This document shows, piece after piece, positions 1-9,505 of a stretch of 29,665 nt of DNA (position 1 is the first letter of the stretch; each line of letters begins with the position of its first letter). A model generated the notes under the pieces. The model saw only the letters and a program-made list of their open reading frames with translations, was not told where the DNA came from and searched no databases. Source of the DNA: a bacterium (GTDB taxonomy: Bacteria; Zhuqueibacterota; Zhuqueibacteria; Oceanimicrobiales; Oceanimicrobiaceae); assembly GCA_046757525.1 (NCBI GenBank), contig JBHHYI010000033.1, forward strand, positions 1 to 29,665, read 5' to 3'. The translations under genes were made by a program, and so were the position numbers.

Positions 1-20
1 GACCAAAAAGCAGTCGGGAC

Positions 21-55
21 CAAACGGTGACCTTCTTTGAGAAGGTCACCGTTTG
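21..55. repeat. Perfect 16-bp inverted repeat (REP-like hairpin or terminator)
   Basis: CAAACGGTGACCTTCT-ttg-AGAAGGTCACCGTTTG read directly from the sequence. Confidence 0.8.
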
Positions 56-106
56 ACAACCCGTTGCAAAGAATCTCCCTTCAAAGGGAGAATTGGCTGT
101 GTCAAA

Positions 107-154
107 AAACGCTGTGCAATCGCGACGATTGCGTTACGTACAACGGAGCGTTTC
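107..154. repeat. Structured intergenic repeat, copy 1 (copy 2 at 18801-18849)
   Basis: AAACGC..TGCAATCGcGACGATTGC..TACG...AACGGAGCGTTTC nearly identical to 18801-18849; nested IRs AAACGC/GCGTTT and GCAATCG/CGATTGC. Confidence 0.75.
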
Positions 155-186
155 TTAAAAGAGAAGAAACTATTGAGTTGCGACCT

Positions 187-2058
187 ATGAAAAGATTTTT
201 CTTCGTCCGTATGGCAACGGTCCTTACACTTGGGCTACTCCTGGTGCCCATCTGCTGGCGCTTCGATCCAGCGCCGCTCTACTCCCAAACCCGACAACAG
301 TTGAGTAGCCAACTGCGCATTGCTCAGAATTACGAGAGACGCGGAAATTACGAGAGTGCGTTGCGCATTTTCAAAAACCTCTACGATCTCGTCCCTGGCA
401 ATCAATTGTACTACGAAGGCGTCAAGAGGAACCTGCTCCGTTTGAACCGGTTCGACGAACTGATTACTATTATAAAAGCACGGCTGGACAAAAACGACGA
501 TGTGCGCAGTTGGGCGGATTTAGGGAATGTATATTACAAGAAGGGCTTACCTGAGGAGGGCAGAAAAATCTGGGCGCAGTTGTTGGCGGAGCATTCGCAC
601 AAAAAGGCGGTCTACGTCTATGTCGCTCAAGCCATGTTGCAAAACCGGCTTTATGAGGAGGCGATCGAGGTGTACAAGTTGGCCCGCACCAACCTCAAAC
701 AAGACGATATTTTTGTTTTCGAGCTGGCCGATATTTACGTGCTGAGACTTAATTATAAGCTGGCGACTTTGGAGTACTTGAAGTATTTGGAGCGCTACCC
801 CAGACAGTTCACCACCATCGAGACCAGAATTGCGCGCTACACCAAAGAGCCTGAAGATGCTCGAGCAGTGGCCAGCATTCTGCGCGAGGCCATTTCCAGC
901 ACCCGTCAGGAGTTTTACGTGCGTAAGCTCTTAGCCAATCTCTACTTGCGTTACAAGGACTTTGACAAATCTTTTGAGCAATACAAGATTCTTGAAAAGA
1001 TGAAGAAGCCTTTCGCCGGGAGGGACAAATCGCCCGGCCGGGAGTTGTTTCATTATGCCGAATTAGCCCGAATAGCGAAAGATTATCAGCACGCCCGACA
1101 AGCGTATTCATTGATCATCAACGATCACAAGAGTTCGCCCTACAAGGTCAGAGCGGAGTACGGCCTGGCCCTGGCCAGTCAGAAATCAGGGCTGGCAGAA
1201 AAGGCGCTCCTGAGCTACGATGCCCTCATCAGATCCTTTCCCAACAGTCCGTGGGCTCAGGAAGCGTTGTTCCAGAAGGGAGAGATTTATTTAGAACAAA
1301 TGAACGACATCGACCGGGCTTTGGCAATGTTTCAGGATCTCCTGCAAAAATACCCTAAGAGCACGAAAAGGGGCATCACGCAGATCAGAATTGGCGACTG
1401 CTATGCGGAAAGAGGCGCATTCGACCGGGCGCAGCAGTGGTATGAAAAAACGCAAGCCGAAGACGCTGTAAAGCCGAGCCTGAAAGAAAAGGCCCTCTAT
1501 CTCAGCGCCTATGTCGATTTTGTTCGAACGAAATTTGACGACTGCCTGGAGAAACTCAACAGGATAACCGCCAACTTGAATGAAAATACCGCCGAGCGGG
1601 AAAGCTACAAAAACGACGCGCTTGAGCTGATTTTTTTGATTGAGGAAAACCGAAGCTCTTCTCCCGAAGCCCTGAAGGCGTTTGCCAGAGCCCGGGGCAG
1701 CAAACTGCAGAAAAGGTATGCAGAAGCCATCAAGGAGCTGCAAGAGATTTTGGACAATTACCCCAGCGCCGCCATCCTGGACGATTCTCTCCTGGAGCTG
1801 GGTGACATCGAAGAAACCCGTGGCAATCACACCGTTGCCATTAACTACTATCAGGGCTTAGTCAACGAGTTTCCGCAAAGCGTTTACAATGCGCTGGCCC
1901 AAAAAAGGACCGCCGACATTTACCAACAGGGTCTGGGCGACTTGCAAAAAGCCCGGGAGGCCTACGAGGCCATTCTGATCAAATACCCCAACAGCCTGTA
2001 TATCGAAGAGGTGCGGCAGAAGCTCAGAAATCTGGAATCGAGAAAACTGAGCAACTAA
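187..2058 (+). CDS. Secreted/periplasmic multi-TPR protein (BamD/CpoB-like TPR repeats)
   Basis: Repeated TPR-like helical motifs (e.g. LIRSFPNSPWAQEALFQKGEIY, LVNEFPQSVYNALAQKRTADIY); signal-like N-terminus MKRFFFVRMATVLTLGLLLV from ATG 187; the ORF-track start at 37 runs through repeats. Confidence 0.8.
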   Translation: MKRFFFVRMATVLTLGLLLVPICWRFDPAPLYSQTRQQLSSQLRIAQNYERRGNYESALRIFKNLYDLVPGNQLYYEGVKRNLLRLNRFDELITIIKARLDKNDDVRSWADLGNVYYKKGLPEEGRKIWAQLLAEHSHKKAVYVYVAQAMLQNRLYEEAIEVYKLARTNLKQDDIFVFELADIYVLRLNYKLATLEYLKYLERYPRQFTTIETRIARYTKEPEDARAVASILREAISSTRQEFYVRKLLANLYLRYKDFDKSFEQYKILEKMKKPFAGRDKSPGRELFHYAELARIAKDYQHARQAYSLIINDHKSSPYKVRAEYGLALASQKSGLAEKALLSYDALIRSFPNSPWAQEALFQKGEIYLEQMNDIDRALAMFQDLLQKYPKSTKRGITQIRIGDCYAERGAFDRAQQWYEKTQAEDAVKPSLKEKALYLSAYVDFVRTKFDDCLEKLNRITANLNENTAERESYKNDALELIFLIEENRSSSPEALKAFARARGSKLQKRYAEAIKELQEILDNYPSAAILDDSLLELGDIEETRGNHTVAINYYQGLVNEFPQSVYNALAQKRTADIYQQGLGDLQKAREAYEAILIKYPNSLYIEEVRQKLRNLESRKLSN

Positions 2059-2105
2059 TTTCTGTCATGAGTGCATTAACCGTTGGACAAGCTGGTTAGA
2101 TTTTC

Positions 2106-3380
2106 ATGAAAAAGGTGCTCTTCATTTTGTGCCTCTCCAACATTCTTCTGCTGGGCGTGCCCGCAGAAGGTGCTGCCCAGAAGATTCTCGTCCCCATGGA
2201 CCTGAAACAGACGGACCACTTGAAAGCCTACGGGGTTGCCTACTGGGCGCTGGAACGCGACATCAACGTGGAATGGCTGCTCAACTATCGCGGCGGTTCC
2301 TTCATGATGGACTACTATCCCGCCATTGAACGGGAGCTGCGCTTGCGCGGCGTAACGTTTTCCGTGGTGGATGCCGGCCAGGCTACTCAGATCTACGCCG
2401 AAATCGAGGAAGGCAATATGGACGTGGTGCTTTTGGAAAAAGCGCCCAAGATTGCCGTCTACACGCCGCCCAACAAGCAAGTCTGGGACGATGCGGTGAC
2501 CCTGGCCCTTACCTATGCCGAGATTCCTTACGAAACCTTGTGGGACGAAGACGTGCTGCAGGACAAATTGCAGGAGTACGACTGGCTGCACTTGCACCAT
2601 GAAGATTTCACCGGCCAGTACGGCAAGTTTTACGCCAACTTTCACAACGCGCCCTGGTACATCGAAGCGGTGATGAAGAATGAAGCCATGGCCAAAGCCG
2701 CTGGCTTCACCAAAGTACCCGAAGAAAAGAAGGCTGTGGCGCGCAAGATTCGAGACTACGTGCGGCGCGGGGGATTTCTCTTCGCCATGTGCTCCGCTAC
2801 CGACACCATCGACATCGCTCTGGCGGCCGAGAACACCGACATCGTAGCCTCCGTTTTTGACGGCGATCCCCCTGAGCCAAACTGTCAGGCCAAGCTCGAT
2901 TATTCTAAAACCTTTGCATTCGAAAACTTCGTCGTGGAGCTGAATCCGCTGGTCTACGAGCACTCCGACATCGATGTTCCCCCCAGCAACATGCCCCGCG
3001 TGCGCAGTCCTGATGCCGATTATTTTACCCTGTTCGAATTTTCGGCCAAGTACGACCCGGTTCCCACCATGCTCACCCAGGATCATGTTTCGGTCATCAA
3101 AGGGTTCATGGGCCAGACCACCGGCTTCAACAGAAAGCTGGTCAAGAAATCGGTCACCATCATGGGCGAGGTGGAAGGCACCAACGAAGTGAAGTACATT
3201 CACGGCAACTTTGGTCGCGGAACCTTTACCTTTTACGGCGGCCACGACCCCGAGGACTACCAGCACTTTGTCTACGACCCGCCTACTCAGCTTTCCCTGC
3301 ACAAAAACTCCCCTGGCTACCGCCTGATCCTGAACAACATCCTCTTCCCCGCGGCTAAGAAGAAAAAAAGGAAAACCTGA
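2106..3380 (+). CDS. Conserved secreted class I glutamine-amidotransferase-like protein (FCB family often labelled 'asparagine synthetase B')
   Basis: Signal peptide; motifs HLKAYGVAYW, WLHLHHEDFTGQYGKFY, nucleophile-elbow-like FAMCSA, GGHDPED; family recognised from memory, function unproven. Confidence 0.65.
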   Translation: MKKVLFILCLSNILLLGVPAEGAAQKILVPMDLKQTDHLKAYGVAYWALERDINVEWLLNYRGGSFMMDYYPAIERELRLRGVTFSVVDAGQATQIYAEIEEGNMDVVLLEKAPKIAVYTPPNKQVWDDAVTLALTYAEIPYETLWDEDVLQDKLQEYDWLHLHHEDFTGQYGKFYANFHNAPWYIEAVMKNEAMAKAAGFTKVPEEKKAVARKIRDYVRRGGFLFAMCSATDTIDIALAAENTDIVASVFDGDPPEPNCQAKLDYSKTFAFENFVVELNPLVYEHSDIDVPPSNMPRVRSPDADYFTLFEFSAKYDPVPTMLTQDHVSVIKGFMGQTTGFNRKLVKKSVTIMGEVEGTNEVKYIHGNFGRGTFTFYGGHDPEDYQHFVYDPPTQLSLHKNSPGYRLILNNILFPAAKKKKRKT

Positions 3381-3483
3381 GACCGGACAAAGACCTTTTC
3401 TGGTGAGTCTCTGAGTCTAACATTAATATGCTCGCTTTATCGCTGCGCCCAGAAGCAAGCATCCCCGCTGTGCAACATTTGCT

Positions 3484-3511
3484 TTGAAAAAAAGCTTTTT
3501 TTTGATATATT
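3484..3511 (+). promoter_or_regulatory. Putative sigma70 promoter for the two-component system
   Basis: TTGAAA(3484-3489)-16 nt-TATATT(3506-3511) with extended -10 TG at 3503-3504. Confidence 0.45.
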
Positions 3512-3571
3512 CATTTTAGTCGATGTAGAGCCATTTTGGGTCGAGAAGCCAAAATCACAGAAGCAAAGGCC

Positions 3572-5905
3572 ATGATGCCAAATCTCAACAAACTCTTCCC
3601 GCGCCTGAGCATCACCACCAAGCTGGTCATCGCGTTTCTCGCTCTTGGAATGCTGCCACTGGTTGCCTACGGGATATACAGCGTGGTCTCCTTGAGCCAC
3701 TCGCTGGAAGAGCAATCGTTGCGAAAACTGCAGTTTCAAATCGATGCCACCGGTCGGGAAATGAGCGAATTCTTGCTGAACGTGCAAGCCGATCTGGTCT
3801 ATATCCGGTCGTTGTCGTCGCTCAAGAAGCTGGCTACACGGCACACAGCCGATCGCTCCAAACGAGACGGGGCCGATGTTGAGCACCTTAGAAAACAAGT
3901 CGAACAAGACTTCCTGCGTTTTTCGGCAGGCAAACGCGCTTACTACCAGATTCGCTACCTCGACGCTGCAGGCCGGGAAGTGGTTCGGCTGAATCGCAAC
4001 CAATCCGGTGCTTACGTGGTGCCGAAAGCCCAACTACAAGACAAGAGCAGCCGCTACTATGTTCAGGAAGCCTTGCAATGTTTGGCCGACGAAATCTACG
4101 TCTCTCCCATGGATCTCAACATCGAAAGAGGCATCGTCGAGGTCCCTCTTAGACCCGTGGTGCGCTACGCAACGCCAGTTCTGGATGGTCACAACAACCA
4201 ACAGGGCATCTTGATCATCAATATTTTCGCGGAAGCGATTTTTGAGATTATCGGCGGCGTACCCCGGGAGGCGGTTTCGTTTCTCACCGACCGGGATGGA
4301 CTTTACCTGTACCAATCGGTTCGCGGCACGAATTTCAACTATTTTCGCAACCGCAGTCTGTACGACGATTACCCGGCGGAGGTGGTGCAAGCGGTACTGA
4401 GCCAGGGAAGCGGCTTGACCCACACAGCAGACCAGATTCTTGCACACTCCCAGATCAAACTGTCCGGTAAATCCAGCGATTCCTGGGTGCTCTTGCTCTC
4501 CGTGCCGAAACGGGTGGTGTTTGCTGCGTTGTACAAGCTCAAAGCCGGCCTGCTCAGCATCCTGGTAGCGTTGGTAGTCGTTGCCAGCATTCTTGGCCTG
4601 ATCGCGGCCCGGCAGTTCACCCGCCCGATCTTCCAATTGACCCGTGGCGCCGATTTGATCGCCCAGGGCGAATTCGACCAGCGCATCCACGTGGCAACCA
4701 ACGATGAATTGGAAGACCTTTCCGGTCATTTCAACACGATGGCGCGGCGGTTGGGCAAATCGCAAGCAAAATTACAACGCTGGAATGTTGAACTCCAAAA
4801 TGAAGTGGCCCGGCGCACCAGGGAATTGACATTCTCGGAGGCGCAATTAAAAATTGAAAAACAAAAATTGGATGACATCGTCAGCGGAGTTGGGGCGGAG
4901 TTGTGCTTAATCGACCGCCAACAAAAGGTGGTGTGGGTGAACAAAACCCTGGCGGACCGTTGCGGTGGGGAGGATTTGACCCTCGGCAAGACCTGTTACG
5001 AACTATTTCAAAATGGTGATGGGCCATGCCCTAATTGCCGCTGCGAGCATAGTTTTGCTACCAGCAAAGGGAGTAAAGTGGTGGTCAATCGCAAGGATGC
5101 GCACGGCAACGAACGCATCTTTCAGGTTGTGTCCACGCCTGTGGTTGACGTGGCGGGCGAGGTCAGTCATCTGCTGGAGCTGCACCTGGACATCACGGAC
5201 TCGGTCATGCGAGAGCGCGCTTTGGAAAAACAGAGCGCCGAGAAAGCGCGTCTCGCTTCGCAGGTACAACTGGCCGCAGGTGTGATTCACGAAGTGGCCA
5301 AGCCTTTGGCCGCCATGAAAACCACCGTACAGGTGTTGGAAGACGAAATACCGGATCCGGAACAGCGTTCTTACTTGGAAGGAGTGGAAAACGAGATCGA
5401 CCACCTCAGCGATTTTTTGAATACTTTCTCAAAATTCGCCCGTCCAAAGCCGCTGCAACTGCAAGCGTGCAAGATGGAAGACATCGTGAACCAGGTCATC
5501 TTGTTGATCACAAAAGACGCAGAACGGCGCCATATCGAGATTGCTGTGCAAGGGTTGAGCTCGCTGCCGAAAATCAAGCTGGATTCGATTCAAATGCAGC
5601 AAGTGCTGCTCAATATTTGCGTGAATGCTTTCGAGGCCATGCCCGACGGCGGCACCCTGACCATCGTGGGGTCGGTGCTCCAGACATCGCAGCCCTGTGT
5701 GCAGCTTAGCATTAGCGATACGGGAATCGGCATGGATGGGGAACAACTGCAAGAGATATTCGAGCCGTTCTACTCTGACAAACCCAATGGTTCAGGTTTA
5801 GGGCTGGCCATTGTGCGGCAAATTGTACGGGGGCATGGGGGCCAGATTCACGTAAGAAGTGAATTTGGCAAGGGCACTCGGTTTGATCTGACTTTTCCTG
5901 TTTAA
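3572..5905 (+). CDS. Sensor histidine kinase (periplasmic Cache-like, HAMP, Cys-rich PAS, HisKA, HATPase)
   Basis: Two TM segments flanking a large periplasmic domain, HAMP (RPIFQLTRGADLIAQGEF...DELEDL), H-box IHEVAKPL, N-box NICVNAFEAM, G1 DTGIGM, F IFEPFY, G2 GSGLGL; start taken at ATG 3572. Confidence 0.92.
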   Translation: MMPNLNKLFPRLSITTKLVIAFLALGMLPLVAYGIYSVVSLSHSLEEQSLRKLQFQIDATGREMSEFLLNVQADLVYIRSLSSLKKLATRHTADRSKRDGADVEHLRKQVEQDFLRFSAGKRAYYQIRYLDAAGREVVRLNRNQSGAYVVPKAQLQDKSSRYYVQEALQCLADEIYVSPMDLNIERGIVEVPLRPVVRYATPVLDGHNNQQGILIINIFAEAIFEIIGGVPREAVSFLTDRDGLYLYQSVRGTNFNYFRNRSLYDDYPAEVVQAVLSQGSGLTHTADQILAHSQIKLSGKSSDSWVLLLSVPKRVVFAALYKLKAGLLSILVALVVVASILGLIAARQFTRPIFQLTRGADLIAQGEFDQRIHVATNDELEDLSGHFNTMARRLGKSQAKLQRWNVELQNEVARRTRELTFSEAQLKIEKQKLDDIVSGVGAELCLIDRQQKVVWVNKTLADRCGGEDLTLGKTCYELFQNGDGPCPNCRCEHSFATSKGSKVVVNRKDAHGNERIFQVVSTPVVDVAGEVSHLLELHLDITDSVMRERALEKQSAEKARLASQVQLAAGVIHEVAKPLAAMKTTVQVLEDEIPDPEQRSYLEGVENEIDHLSDFLNTFSKFARPKPLQLQACKMEDIVNQVILLITKDAERRHIEIAVQGLSSLPKIKLDSIQMQQVLLNICVNAFEAMPDGGTLTIVGSVLQTSQPCVQLSISDTGIGMDGEQLQEIFEPFYSDKPNGSGLGLAIVRQIVRGHGGQIHVRSEFGKGTRFDLTFPV

Positions 5906-5920
5906 ACTAAACAAAAAATC

Positions 5921-7264
5921 ATGAATCCTGCCATCTTGATCATCGAAGACGATCCGCTCATGCGCAAGTCGCTGGCCAATTTTTGTCAGCGTAACGCTTA
6001 CCACTCGATGTCGTCAGCAGACGCCGCAGACGGGTTGGCACTTTTCCGGAAGCACAGCATCGATGTGGTGCTGCTGGACATGCGCCTGCCCGATGCCAAC
6101 GGCATGGAAGTACTTGCGCAGATCAAAACGTTGGACGATGAAGTCGCCGTCATCATGATGACCGCCTTTCCTGAGGTTAAGTCGGCGGTGGCAACCATTA
6201 AAAGCGGAGCTTTCGATTATGTCATAAAACCGTTCGAAGTGGAAGAGCTGCGCCAGACCATCAACAAGGCGCTGCAAATTCGGTCGCTCAAGAGCGAGGT
6301 GCTGCGTTTGCGGCGGCAGCGCTCAGACGACCGGTTTCCGAAAATGTTGGGAAACAGCCCCGCCATCGAAAAAGTAAAGAAACTGATCGTTAAAGTCGGC
6401 CAGGCGACCAACACCCCGGTACTGATCCTCGGTGCCAGCGGAACCGGCAAAGAATTGACGGCCAATGCTGTGCATCTGGCCAGCGAACGCCGGCAGAAGC
6501 CCCTGGTCAAGATAAACTGCAGCGCCTTGCCCGACCATTTGTTGGAGAGCGAACTGTTTGGCTATGAGAAGGGCGCCTTCACCGGTGCGGCGCAGCGCAA
6601 ACCCGGCCTGTTTGAGCTGGCCAACGGCGGCACGCTTTTTCTGGACGAGATTTCCGAGATGCAGCTCAATATGCAGCCCAAGCTTTTGCGCATTCTCGAA
6701 GGCCATCCGTTCAAACGCCTGGGCGGGACACGAGACCTTCACGTCGACGTCAGAATCATTGCAGCCTCCAACAAGAACCTGGAAACGCGGGTAAAAGAAG
6801 GAACGTTCCGCGAAGACCTGTACTACCGCTTGAGCGCTTTTGTCCTCGAGCTGCCGAGTTTACGGCAGCGGTCGGAAGATATTATGCTGTTTGCCAACCA
6901 CTTCCTGGCCAAATCGGCAGCCGACCTGCGCAAAAAAATCGAAGGGTTTACCAAAGAAGCTGAGAAGCTTTTGGTTCAATACGCCTGGCCTGGCAACGTG
7001 CGCGAACTGCGCAACATCGTCGAACGCGCGGTCATTCTGTGCGATGAAACGCACATTGCGTCTGAGCATCTGCCGAGTCAACTGGTGCTCGACCGCACTG
7101 GAGATCGTCCCCTACCGTCTGATTGGACCCTGGCGGAGATGGAACGGCGGCACATTCTCTGGGTTCTGGAGCAAGTCGGCGGCAACAAATCCGAAGCCAC
7201 TCGCCGCCTGGGAATCGCTCGCTCCACTTTTGACGAGAAATTGAAAAAATACCAGCGATTTTAA
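5921..7264 (+). CDS. Sigma54-dependent response regulator (REC-AAA+-Fis HTH, NtrC/AtoC family)
   Basis: Receiver (IIEDD, LLDMRLPD), Walker A GASGTGKE, GAFTGA loop, Walker B LFLDE, WPGNVREL, C-terminal HTH. Confidence 0.96.
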   Translation: MNPAILIIEDDPLMRKSLANFCQRNAYHSMSSADAADGLALFRKHSIDVVLLDMRLPDANGMEVLAQIKTLDDEVAVIMMTAFPEVKSAVATIKSGAFDYVIKPFEVEELRQTINKALQIRSLKSEVLRLRRQRSDDRFPKMLGNSPAIEKVKKLIVKVGQATNTPVLILGASGTGKELTANAVHLASERRQKPLVKINCSALPDHLLESELFGYEKGAFTGAAQRKPGLFELANGGTLFLDEISEMQLNMQPKLLRILEGHPFKRLGGTRDLHVDVRIIAASNKNLETRVKEGTFREDLYYRLSAFVLELPSLRQRSEDIMLFANHFLAKSAADLRKKIEGFTKEAEKLLVQYAWPGNVRELRNIVERAVILCDETHIASEHLPSQLVLDRTGDRPLPSDWTLAEMERRHILWVLEQVGGNKSEATRRLGIARSTFDEKLKKYQRF

Positions 7265-7282
7265 AGAAATGTAACTTTTTAC

Positions 7283-7311
7283 TTGACTTCTTATTCTTTA
7301 TTCTTTATATT
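7283..7311 (+). promoter_or_regulatory. Sigma70 promoter of the ilv-leu operon
   Basis: TTGACT(7283-7288)-17 nt-TATATT(7306-7311) in an AT-rich spacer. Confidence 0.7.
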
Positions 7312-7347
7312 CGCTGCTAATATTTTTAATTACTACATTTAAGCGAG

Positions 7348-7473
7348 ATGAATCACAATCCATTTACAATTTCGACCTCTTCAAGCTTGATCCGTGAGGT
7401 ACAGATTGTAAGTGCGTTGTTGTTTATCTTGATTTTTATTCTCACCATTAGGTTAGGATTGATTCTAAAGTAA
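7348..7473 (+). CDS. Ile/Leu/Val-rich leader peptide (41 aa) of the ilv-leu operon
   Basis: MNHNPFTISTSSSLIREVQIVSALLFILIFILTIRLGLILK*; 18 of 41 codons are I/L/V; lies between promoter and ilvD and overlaps attenuator segment 1; not in the ORF track. Confidence 0.75.
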   Translation: MNHNPFTISTSSSLIREVQIVSALLFILIFILTIRLGLILK

Positions 7474-7599
7474 ATCGAGTTTAGAAATCAATCCTACAAT
7501 CACCAAATCCTTTCTCAAAAACTTCTCGATTCCCAAACTCAAACAAAAAGCCGGTAGGGTTGATTTCTAAGCTAAGTGCACTGTTTAGCTTGAAAGGGG
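7454..7599 (+). promoter_or_regulatory. Attenuator with alternative helices 1:2, 2:3, 3:4; 3:4 overlaps the ilvD RBS
   Basis: Seg1 7454-7469 pairs with seg2 7480-7496; seg2 7478-7497 pairs with seg3 7554-7573; 7564-7575 pairs with 7585-7595, which includes GAAA of the RBS GAAAGGGG. Confidence 0.7.
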
Positions 7600-7605
7600 T
7601 CAAAC

Positions 7606-9294
7606 ATGCGCAGCGATGCGATAAAAAAAGGATTCGGGCGGTCTCCCCACAGAAGCCTGTTGAAAGCCTGCGGCGTAAAAGATGAAGACTTCGCCAAGCC
7701 GTTTATCGGCATTTGCAACTCTTTTATCGAAATCATTCCGGGGCATGTTCATTTGCAAGAGTTGGGTAGGTTGGTCAAGGAGGCGGTGCGCGAAGCTGGC
7801 GGCGTGCCGTTTGAATTCAACACCATCGGCGTGGATGACGGCATTGCCATGGGACATTTCGGCATGAAGTATTCGCTGCCAAGCCGGGAGCTCATCGCCG
7901 ATGCCGTGGAAACCGTGGCCATGGCGCACCAGTTGGACGGCCTGATCTGCATTCCAAACTGCGACAAAATCGTGCCGGGCATGCTCATGGGGGCTGTGCG
8001 AATAAACATTCCGACGATTTTTGTCAGCGGCGGCCCCATGGCGGCGGGCAAGACGCCCTCCGGCAAGACCGTGGATTTGATCTCGGTGTTCGAGGGGGTG
8101 GGTGCCTTTCGCGCTGGCAAAATCGACGCAGCGGAACTGAAAGAGCTGGAAGACCACGGCTGTCCCACCTGCGGCTCTTGTTCCGGTCTGTTCACCGCCA
8201 ATTCCATGAACTGCCTCCTGGAGGCCCTTGGCATGGCGCTACCAGGCAACGGCACCTATCTGGCTATTTCCGAAAAGCGCCGCGAATTAGTCAAGCAAGC
8301 GGCCCAACAGATTCTCCAATTAATCGAAGCTGACCTCAAACCCAGAGACATCGTCACACAGAGCGCCATCGACAATGCCTTTGCCCTGGACCTGGCCATG
8401 GGCGGCTCCACCAACACCGTGTTGCACACGCTGGCGATTGCCAGAGAAGCCGGGCTATCCTATTCCCTGGAACGGATCAATGGCATCGCTGAACGTGTGC
8501 CCAATCTTTGCAGAGTCGCTCCAGCTTCGCCCTGGCACATGGAGGATGTGGACCGCGCTGGCGGCATCAGCGCCATTCTAAAGGAGTTAAGCAAAAGAGC
8601 GGACCTATTAGACTTGCACCAGAAGACGGTTACTTTAAAGAGCCTGGGAGAGAATATTGCAGATGCGGAAATCAAAGACCACCAGGTCATTCGATCCGTG
8701 GAAGAGCCTTACAGCGACCAGGGGGGGCTTGCCATCTTGTTCGGTAATTTAGCGCCGGATGGCGCCGTGGTAAAATCGGCGGCTGTGGCCCCTGAAATGT
8801 GGACACATCGCGGCCCGGCGGTCATTTTTGAATCGCAGGAGGAGGCCAACGCCGGCATTTTGAGTGGCAAGGTAAAGCCAGGCGACGTCGTGGTGATTCG
8901 TTACGAGGGCCCCAAAGGCGGGCCCGGGATGCAGGAGATGCTGGCGCCAACCGCGAACATCGTGGGCATGGGATTGGGCGACAAGGTGGCGCTGATCACC
9001 GACGGCCGCTTCTCGGGCGGTACTCGCGGTGCTTGTGTTGGGCACGTTTCTCCCGAGGCCGCAGCCGGCGGCAACATCGCCCTATTAAAACCTGGCGATC
9101 TCATCTGTATCGATATACCCAATAGAAAACTCGAGGTTGAAGTGCCCGCAGCAGAATTAGCGGAGCGAAAATGCCGCTGGCAGCCTGCTGAACCGAGAAT
9201 CCAAACCGGCTGGCTGAGCCGCTATGCCGCAATGGTGACTTCAGCAAATACCGGGGCGATTCTGTCGCTAAACGGAGGCCAGGGCGCTTTGTGA
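7606..9294 (+). CDS. ilvD: Dihydroxy-acid dehydratase
   Basis: [52 protein letters not shown] motifs. Confidence 0.98.
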   Translation: MRSDAIKKGFGRSPHRSLLKACGVKDEDFAKPFIGICNSFIEIIPGHVHLQELGRLVKEAVREAGGVPFEFNTIGVDDGIAMGHFGMKYSLPSRELIADAVETVAMAHQLDGLICIPNCDKIVPGMLMGAVRINIPTIFVSGGPMAAGKTPSGKTVDLISVFEGVGAFRAGKIDAAELKELEDHGCPTCGSCSGLFTANSMNCLLEALGMALPGNGTYLAISEKRRELVKQAAQQILQLIEADLKPRDIVTQSAIDNAFALDLAMGGSTNTVLHTLAIAREAGLSYSLERINGIAERVPNLCRVAPASPWHMEDVDRAGGISAILKELSKRADLLDLHQKTVTLKSLGENIADAEIKDHQVIRSVEEPYSDQGGLAILFGNLAPDGAVVKSAAVAPEMWTHRGPAVIFESQEEANAGILSGKVKPGDVVVIRYEGPKGGPGMQEMLAPTANIVGMGLGDKVALITDGRFSGGTRGACVGHVSPEAAAGGNIALLKPGDLICIDIPNRKLEVEVPAAELAERKCRWQPAEPRIQTGWLSRYAAMVTSANTGAILSLNGGQGAL

Positions 9295-9296
9295 CA

Positions 9297-9416
9297 GGGC
9301 TGTCCAAAAAACCCGTGGAGAGTTCGTAACGCGACATTCATGTCGCGGGGCTCAAGGCTCATTTCTCGACATAAATGTCGAGTTACGTGCTGCCAGCATC
9401 CCTTTTCGGACAGCCC
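9297..9416. mobile_element. MITE-like element: 14-bp terminal inverted repeats enclosing an inverted pair of REP-like hairpins
   Basis: GGGCTGTCCAAAAA (9297-9310) vs TTTTCGGACAGCCC (9403-9416), 13/14 complementary; inner units 9325-9347 and 9365-9387 are inverted copies (20/23), each self-palindromic. Confidence 0.6.
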
Positions 9417-9505
9417 CTGAGTCTCACAATGGCGACCATTATAATGAAGTGTGACCAGCAAACATCTGCTGACTTTTGGTTGCTCAGTTAAGGAGGGAGA
9501 AAAAG

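Noticed and set aside
37..186. N-terminal extension of the TPR ORF
   Set aside because: Runs through palindromic repeats; signal-like sequence begins at ATG 187
2076..3302. Long minus-strand ORFs (also 14511-15428, 23482-24462, 24493-25467, 26955-28001)
   Set aside because: Antisense shadows of well-supported genes with no recognisable motifs
7312..7605. T-box riboswitch or intrinsic terminator in the ilv leader
   Set aside because: No T-box consensus and no U-tract after the last hairpin; the leader-peptide model explains the structure
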